A stretch of 61,824 nt of DNA, the filler included, from Bipalium vagum (taxonomy: Eukaryota), in assembly GCA_037834085.1 (NCBI GenBank). It is 3 parts of 3 records of this genome, joined end to end, with 100 filler letters (N's around TTAATTAATTAA, not from the genome) between each part and the next. Parts side by side here need not be neighbours in the genome. Positions count along the whole stretch, not along the records: positions 38,616 to 61,824 come from JBBMKC010212038.1; 2 more parts are not named here. One strand, written 5' to 3'. Shown one piece after another: positions 54,201 through 61,824 of this stretch. The notes beneath the pieces were generated by a model, which worked only from the letters and a program-made list of their open reading frames with translations, made no database searches and was not told where the DNA came from. Within the stretch, counting starts at the first letter, position 1, and the number at the start of each line of letters is the position of its first letter. The position numbers and the translations under genes were made by a program.

Positions 54201-57200
54201 CTCTTGGAAACCCTCTCCAGTCTCAAGGGGTCCGAAACCGCCCCTCGGGACACAGCATACCAACAACAAAACACAAATCTATATTCAGGCATTTCCTTTA
54301 GCAACGATTTACAAAAAATTTCTTTATCTTCCAAGTTCATACAGGTGTTATATATTGGATGTTTGAGAACTGCTGGTTGATGGATTATTTTCAATTGCTT
54401 CGAGTACCACCTTATAATCCACGGTTCCAGGTCGATCAAAACATGGCTCATTCTGAAGATGCGTGTTCCTTATTAAATTTTTTGAACCAGCTTTTGGCTG
54501 TGCAAATGGCGAAGTTTTTTTCTTTAGTGTCAGATATTCTCGTGGGCGCTTCCTTGAAATTAAAGTGCTGTTTCCATTAATAACTGAGAAACACTATAAT
54601 TTCAAAATTTTCCATATTGCTAAAACACAAAAAATAGATTACGAAAACAACCTTTTGAGATATATATTACAGTTCATATTAAAGCTAATTTAAAAATCTA
54701 TAAATTGATACATTACTTACCGAAATCAATAAAATATATCTGCTTTAAATATCACTTTATATATACTGTACAAAAACTCAAGATTATGTAAATTTTGATT
54801 GGATAAAAATCGAACGAATGAAATTCCAAAAAGACAAATACTTGATAGTGTATGTTATGTTTTAGTTCTTTTTTTTATGTTGGATAAAGAAATTAATTCA
54901 GCTTTAACATTGTAACTTGAAATTAAAATAATAAATAATAATCTTTGATAAAAATTAAATAATATTTAGAAATGAAATATTCTTGGAGAAAGATTAAAAT
55001 TATAATAAAAATAATAATAATAAAGATAATATGTTTCAGTGATATTCGTGTGACAGTGAACATTTTTATCCCTTTTACTTTGTTACAGACACGCCGATCA
55101 GTATTAAAATCAAACCGGACGACGTTGACGTTTACTTGCCTAAGAAGGTCTTGATTGTGACCTGCACTGTGTCGCCAACCGAAATCATTGATGATCGCAA
55201 AATAGATGGAATAAAATTCATTTATAACAATTCCACCTTTAAGCCTTCCTCAGACCGACAAGTAACCATCACTGGCAGAGATGAAGGAACCATTTGCTTT
55301 CAATGTGGACATAGGATGTTGATTAACGATACTCGGTGTTATGATTCCTATGGCAAGTTTTAATTTTTTATTAATGGTATTTTTATTATTATCAACCGGT
55401 TTTGGATAACTATTATTCAACCAAAAAAAGCTCAGAATAATCTTTAATAAATGATTTCGTTCAGCAAACGAAGTCAAGATCATCATTAGCCCAATAGACA
55501 GAAACATTTATCTGCAGGATGAGCGCGTGGAAATGTTTTGTACCATTGATCCAGTACACTTAAGTTCACGCGTTAAGGGCGTGGATTTTACTTCTTACTC
55601 CCCAAATAAAACCGTTGACAAGCAGTACCGTCAAATTACCTTTTGGGATATGAAAGATACGTTTTGCGCAACCTGTGGACATCCGTCCATAGGAAACGTC
55701 ACGAAATGTCTGGACTACTTTGGTAAGTATTATAGTTCTTTTCGAATTGATTTAAATCTTCAATTTTCATGATTCCTTATCTTGTATTGCTGACCTGCAA
55801 AAACAATCAGGTTACCAATATTTCCTTCGGAAAAGATTTTTTTTTCTTTTACCGTTTCTATTTCTATTCCCTTTTCTTCTGTTTATTTTTATTTTTTTTA
55901 CTGTTTGCTTTTCTTATAACTTAATCATCGTTTCAGTATATCAAAAGATCAGAAGGGTGCAACAGTTAAGACTGAAAACTTTTATTATGTCAATAATGAC
56001 AGAACTAATCAATGTAAATTTTGCAAGAAAAATATAAATAAACTAAGATTGAGCCTAAATTAAAAAAAATTACTCATAAAAAGATTACATTTATTTAATA
56101 GTCAACATTTCTCTGAATCCCACTCACTGTGTTTAATAGTCCACTAAGATATCGCCTAGTACTTTTCTGACACACACCTTCACCAACCCTGACACTAGAC
56201 CTCAAAATAGACTGATAAATAAAATAATTAAAACAACGAAAGTAAATGAAGAAAACTCAAAAGCAGTCAATTGAAGATAAATCAATTTGAACTATTGATC
56301 ACAATTCACAAAAAAGGATGAACTCAAATCTATTGGTTCAATTACGATATTGAAAAGAGAAACACGATACGGTTCATCGAATTATAACAAATCTTCTTGG
56401 TTTCTAGATCAACGACGGAACCAAACTATGATATACAGTCCACTTTTCTACTCACCTTTCAAAAGAAATCACACCAAATAATAATTATAACTAGGCGTCA
56501 AATGCTTTCCTTTCCTTTTATAGATTTTTTGGATTTTGAATGAAGAAATATTGTGATTGCATAGAGGGGCACAATAGTCTTAATTTTAGTCAATGTTTAC
56601 TAAAGGTCTTTCTCAATTAAGTTCTGTAGAAAGTTCCTATTTACATCAGAATCATGTCTGAAAGAGTGAAGGGTTATTAAATTCCATTCTTTAAATTTAT
56701 TTAAAACGAACACTGACATTTTCTTACGTAAGGAGTTCCGGACTAACCTTGTTAATTATCGAAAGTGGTTTCATAGCATTTTTATGCTTAAAATTCATAT
56801 AGAATTCAATTCCAAACATTGTCTTTCGTCGGTGATTGCTCACCATCCGGACACCAACTGTTTGGTCGTCCTTGGATTTTCGCATAATTATTAAACAATA
56901 TGAACGATTAAAACAAGTGGAATTGATACCTTTGACTGTAATACATGCTGATTTCTGCAGATTTATATAATACGTTGATGAAAAACGACAACGTTTATGA
57001 AACGACCTAATAATAGTAATAATATTATTATTATTATTTTAATGAGAATTTGCTATTTTATTTAATTCTTAGAGCTTTGGGTAAGTCATCTGTAGGGTGG
57101 AGATGCAATTTGTTTATATTATTAAAATGAATTTTGTTTTTCATGGTCAAATAAAAAGAGGTTATAATAAGCCATGTCTCTCTGTTTCCCGTTAGAAAGT

Positions 57201-60200
57201 CAATTTTCTGTACCTACTTATACATCTCTCAGGGGTCTTCCCTTATTATTGCTCCTTTCTTATTCTTCTCAACTGTTACGAAGAACGGTATCTTTAAGTA
57301 TTCACGAGCCATTTCATTTGACAAAAAGTCCATTGAAATGGTGTAAATCTTTCCAGATCAAAATGTGACGATAAAGGTCATCCCAGATGACAGCAACGTT
57401 TACTTTATCAACACGGAGAAAAATTTTTATTGCCTTATAAAACCACCGGAACTGCTCACCCAAAATCTCATTTCCAACATTGTCTTCGAGTCGAACTATT
57501 CCGATAGCACAAAGCTTTCCGAAACCCACATTTTTATAAAGAAGGACATGAACAGCTATCCGAAAATATGTTTCAAATGTGGCCACACTCTGTTCTATTT
57601 GGATACGCACTGCTATGATCCGTATGGTAGGTTTTGTTTTCATTTATGTATTTAATAATAAATGATCCTTTTAAAAAGATCGCGTCAGATTAATATCATT
57701 TATTAAAACACACTCAAATTTTTAAGTCCACTCAACATTAACATTAAAATATTTTGAAAGACCGCTTTTAACATTATTTTATTTTTATTCTTTTTCCATG
57801 ATAATTATTGAGTTTTCCTATAACTTTTACAAAGATTTTTGTAACGAGTGGTCGGAAAGTTTTGGCACAAAATATATTGGTAAAGAAATTGTAAAATCTT
57901 GAAATTAGCAATCAATCAATGTATACCTCTAAAACCCTTTATCTCCTCTCTGTATATCTGTCTACGCTCGAAAACGGATAACGGTTGTATCGCAGCCGAA
58001 GAAGTAAACTCTTTGTCTGTCGGTTTCGTATGGAAATATATTTTATTTAAATCTTTGTCGATTTTTAGATATATCACGATAACTACATAAAAGTGGGTTT
58101 TGTTTGAATGAATCCATGTTTGAAAATATTCTAAATTTAGTTACAAATCTGGATTTGAAAATTGATTTAATTCGATTTTATTATGAAAATGGAAATTCCA
58201 CTACGTTTGGAATTTAGGAGAAACCAAACGCCAAAGTAATTTAATTTGTGAAAATATTGGAAGAAAATGGAAATGTTGTCAATGTACCTCATTGATAAGA
58301 CGTCCATTCAAACATTATTACGGGAAAGAAATATTCCACCTGCCTCGGTTCAACGAATATTATAAGGAGAGAAGTTAAATCATTTTAAAATACAAATATT
58401 TCATGAGCTAAAACCAGATGATTATGATCAACTGAATAAAATTGGTCTGTAGTTTTTGCAGCACCAGGATATACTACACACCATGTGATTATTGGTTTCA
58501 GACTACTCTTAAGGCAAGGGTTTTCCTTTACCAAAACCAACCTACTTCAAACGGATAAACAAATAAACGAAGAATATTCCTGTTTCACTATTAAAATCAA
58601 TAAATCCCAAAGAGTACTTCATAAAGATTGAAATTAGAGTAGAGATATCAGCAAATAAAAGCTTACACCATTTTTATTATTTAAACTTTATAATATCCAT
58701 ACTGATATCGTTACATTATCAATTGGTCGTGGTTGGAGAAGTAAAAATTCCCACAGTCTGATTGCCACTGTTTATAAATCGTACATATTTTATGATGACC
58801 ACAGACTGGTGCTCGCCTTTTGGGGGGGGGCAGCTTTGTTGAGACCTGGTTAAAACGTAATACAAAAATTACTTTTTTCTTAAATGTAATGTGGAAATAA
58901 TATTTTTCAAGTTTGGCCCGTTAGGCTTGTTGAACAATTAAAAATAAGTTTCCCAAAGGTGCAACCCATCCACGACTGATTGTCAAAATGAAAACCTTTG
59001 CTATATTTTTTATAAATGTTAAACTTTTTCCTGTTTTAGGACATCACGAAATTGTTATTGAGCCAGCCCATGTGAACATATATTTGCCTGCTGTTCCCAT
59101 GAACGTAGAGTGCAACGTGTCCCCGGGTGACCTGCTCATGGTTATTGGAAACATTGACTTTTTTAATATCACAGCTCCTTATAATCAAACTGAACCGCGA
59201 AGGGTAACGTTTGGTCCTCTCACTGCCCAAAAGGTCGATAATGTTTGCTTATCTTGCGGTCACAGAATCACCAAAAATGTCACGAAATGTTATAAAAGAT
59301 ACGGTAATGTTATTATTGATATTTATTATTTACATTTTCAAATTATGTGTCCCTTATACACGTTTATCATCGAAGTAGTTTGATTAAATATCAACAATCT
59401 TCATTTTGTTTGGTAATGATCAAGAAGACCGTCAAAGGGTTTGAATTAGACTAAAGGTACAACGGAATATTGACGCAATAAATTTCGCTTAATTTGAATC
59501 TCTGTTTTTTTCTTTTCTTTCTTCTCTCTCTTTCTTTTTTTCTGTGTACAACAAATACCTTCGGGATCTACCAGGCCGATTGAAATAAAACGTTAAGTAA
59601 TTAAAACAAAGCAATATTTATTCCTTTGACATTGTTCACAGATTGCACATGAATGATCAGGTCACAATCCATATTTCGGTTTGCTACTGTCTTATTTTTT
59701 CAATTCACGGAATGCGGACATACGAAAAATGTTCTTCTATTTGCAGGAGGCGTTCCTGTGTCAAATGTTACATGTTTTTGGTTAATTTGGTCGGGAAATT
59801 GAACCAGTTGTCTGACTACGTTGACTAATAACTGACACCGACTGAGTTGTTTCGTTTCCTCCCTACCTGATTGGATCCTAATAATAGCAGCCTTCGTGCC
59901 CTTGATATCGATCATGTTATAAAAAATGACCGTTTTCTTTTCTTTTTCACAGAGTAGCAAGTTACTTTTTGATCCATTTGATCAAGTTCACCTTTGGTCT
60001 TTTTGTAGGTGAAAATATTTTCTGTTTTTTTTTCAGTTTCCTCAACCCGTTTCTCATGAGGCGAGGCACTACGTAATGTGACAACTTTTTATCTTCTGGG
60101 GGAATATGAAACTATTGTCGAGAAATCTTTACATTCAAATGCAACCGTCTATGTAACCGTCTACCAACTGTGACAGCAAATTCCTTAGGTAATTTGGGTT

Positions 60201-61293
60201 GTTTTGTGTATGGTTCCAATGCATGTTATCTTTGTCATAAACAAATATTCCGAAATATCTCAACAGGTGAAAAGTTATCAAAGGTTTTATTCCTAAAACT
60301 AGGCTTTTAGTAACCGATTTTTCTATTTTCTTGAAAGGCAAAATTTACAAACATTTCAAATGTTATGTGGGGCCTCACAGACTCAATTGGTACGTTTAGG
60401 GTTAATCCAGACTACATCCCAGGCAATGACGTGATCAAGGAATGCTTATTCCCAACCAAATCTCAAGATAACAGATGATCCTGAGTAACCTGGGTTTATT
60501 GTAAATTGAGATTGCTTTACGAGGTACAAGATCATTGACATGAGATCCAAGAGCATTGGAGTGACCTCTTGTCTGATATCTTCATTAAATGCCTTTCACA
60601 CTTCATTATAAAACTCCTTTCCTTTGTAGTTGCTATTAGTGATGTAAGAGCAAAATAATTAAAGCACGAAAACATATTTTTCTATGAAGTTTCGTTAACG
60701 TTTATCAGAACCACGAGGAGAACTTCATTTACATATTACTTTTTATGAAGACCAAACCCATAATGGATGACATGTTCGCTTATCAATGCACTTCACAGAG
60801 GAACAATAAAGACAAATGTGTTTTCCCCTTTCGTCAAAGGGTGCGACGAGTATAAGACCACTGAAGGACCAATTATAGATTTATACACAAAATTTGCTTT
60901 TGCTCTCCCATCAACTTTCTTTATGATAGTCACAAATGGAAAATCAGTTCGCCGCCTTCAACTGTTAAAGCTTCTCAACAGTCCTTTGACAAAAACTGAG
61001 GATTGACCTTGGAATATATGTTTCAGATAAGCCAGTCACGTTCTCCATTTCCCCGAACGACACGGAATATTACTTTAAACAAACCGAATTGGACGTCTAT
61101 TGCGTGGTCAACCCCGAGGAGATGGTTACAAACAATCTCATCTCTCCCGTGTTTAACTCGACGTACATTGACGCAGTTCTAAAGTCCCCTATCCATATTT
61201 ACATAAAGGAGGTCACTCACCCGTTTCCAAAGATCTGTTTCCAGTGCGGTATCGTTGAGCTGAACTTTGTTTTGCGCTGTTATTCCCTGTTCG
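39243..61293 (+). CDS. Giant multi-exon protein of >=25 tandem divergent Ig-like 4-Cys domains (one exon per domain); partial at both ends
   Basis: Exons: X1 39243-39479, X2 41604-41852; A1 42622-42888, B1 44856-45119, C1 45165-45428, D1 45506-45769, E1 46000-46257; A2 47092-47358, B2 47511-47774, C2 47823-48086, D2 48721-48984, E2 49856-50113; A3 50249-50515, B3 51208-51471, C3 51521-51784, D3 51862-52125, E3 52208-52465; A4 52872-53138, B4 53325-53588, C4 53638-53901, D4 55089-55352, E4 55465-55722; then 57357-57626, 59040-59303, 61027-61293. Every exon follows an AG, ends at GT or GC, is a multiple of 3, is phase 1-1 and has no stop. The total is 6555 nt (2185 codons). The Ig-like assignment is inferred from the motif pattern. 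Confidence 0.85.
40180..40750 (+). mobile_element. Ty3/gypsy reverse transcriptase relic (intron X1-X2)
   Basis: Frameshifted reading gives ICVDFWRMN, YFSSMDL, TAFSAKQGQFCFNRMPFGL, CLVYLDDILIYS and MKLNPAKCKF..LLGHIV. Confidence 0.85.
50610..51090 (+). mobile_element. Penelope-like element relic (RT C-terminus plus GIY-YIG endonuclease) in intron A3-B3
   Basis: It reads LNVIKERLSKKTYSDRTIEQII, then TNILYQVKCHLNNSLYSG..RHLLTRISEH..SKILHHLMSC. Confidence 0.65.
54340..54600 (-). mobile_element. Mariner N-terminal fragment in intron C4-D4
   Basis: The minus strand reads TAKSWFKKFNK..NEPCFDRPGTVDYKVVLEAIENNPSTSS. Confidence 0.6.
58090..58660 (+). mobile_element. Heavily decayed Tc1/mariner-superfamily relic
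   Basis: It reads WEENGNVVNVP, FKIQIFHELKPDDYDQ and a degenerate PDxTPCDYWF-type segment. Confidence 0.45.
59446..60401 (-). mobile_element. Internally deleted piggyBac
   Basis: There is a TTAA|CCCTAAACGTACC terminus at 60401 (minus). The minus strand reads TIVSYSP..KVVTLRS..IFTYKKTKGELDQMDQKVTCYSVKKKRKR and VIFYNMIDI, matching the piggyBac YNxTKGGVDxxDQ region. The far end is approximate. Confidence 0.65.
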
Positions 61294-61749
61294 GTAAGTC
61301 TTTAATTGTTGATTAATAAAAATGTTTGGAAGCTTGATGGACTTTAATATTTTACTTATTATCCATGGTGAAACAGTGACCCCGTGTTCAAATATTGAAC
61401 ATGAAATCTCAGTCCTGCAATCATAAGTATTTAAAAACTTATGTTTTGACGGTCAGTTATAACCTTTGTCATTCCACAAGGGTTAACAAAAAATGATAAA
61501 AAATAGAAACATGACAAAATAGGAAAGCATGACCAAGAATTAGTTTGCTTAGAATTTTATGGGCATCCCTTTCGAGCTAACCAGTAAAAGAAATGTTGTC
61601 AAACACCCTCCGTTGTTATCAATGATCAATTTGAGATCTTCAATCAATTTCTGACATTTCAATTCCGCTTTCTTTACAAACTCGGCAAATTATTACTATT
61701 ATGAGGAGGCTAATCAGACCTGGGGATTTTTTTATTTATTTATTTTAAA

Positions 61750-61824
61750 TATTTATATATATATATATTTTTATATATATTATTTATTATATATATTATA
61801 TTATATATTATTATATATATATTA
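61750..61824. repeat. TA-rich low-complexity / (TA)n tract
   Basis: Direct inspection. Confidence 0.85.

Larger units (their letters stand above)
42622..55722 (+). repeat. Five-exon super-repeat (A-B-C-D-E) x4
   Basis: Units are 42622-46257, 47092-50113, 50249-52465 and 52872-55722. Exon lengths are 267/264/264/264/258 nt in every unit. Class motifs: A HI(Y/F)(I/L)KE..P(Y/F)PxIC; B FF(S/T)WxNG; C IDFTFxNSTLDQxEPR; D GIKFIYNNST..SDRQ..ITGRDxGTIC; E FCA(I/T)CGHPxxGNV(T/S)KCLDYF. Confidence 0.92.

Noticed and set aside
45165-59303. Multiheme cytochrome c (CxxCH repeats)
   Set aside because: The motif is CxxC-G/S-H, not CxxCH. It is absent from A and B domains and sits in a spliced, sequon-rich eukaryotic protein.
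39243-61293. Array of separate small single-exon genes, as the ORF track suggests
   Set aside because: Homology begins at AG and ends at GT/GC in constant phase. The ORF-track starts and tails are non-conserved intron read-through, and there are no individual signal peptides.
39243-61293. V(D)J-like DNA rearrangement segments
   Set aside because: I saw no heptamer/nonamer or other conserved recombination signals flanking the exons. Each exon has its own acceptor and donor.

Overview
This is AT-rich metazoan genomic DNA with very short introns (34-51 nt), suggesting a reduced-intron animal; the taxon cannot be fixed from sequence alone. It is not one contiguous locus: two 100-nt linkers (44 N + TTAATTAATTAA + 44 N) at 17582-17681 and 38516-38615 join three separate contigs. 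Segment 1 (1-17581) is mostly decayed transposons (mariner/Tc1, piggyBac, Maverick/Polinton) plus a 451-codon ORF of unknown function. Segment 2 (17682-38515) holds a complete 10-exon glypican gene on the minus strand (779 aa as I splice it) and more transposon debris. Segment 3 (38616-end) holds the main find: at least 25 intact exons on the plus strand. Each is a symmetric phase-1 exon encoding one ~79-90 aa divergent Ig-like domain with an invariant C...CxxC-x10-C signature and many N-glycan sequons. The order is X1, X2, (A-B-C-D-E)x4, then three further domains, about 2185 aa in total and open at both ends. The array has GC-AG donors on three of four D exons, 45-49 nt B-C introns, an AG|GTAAG site and patchwork identity between copies. 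It is a candidate giant, possibly alternatively spliced, cell-surface protein.
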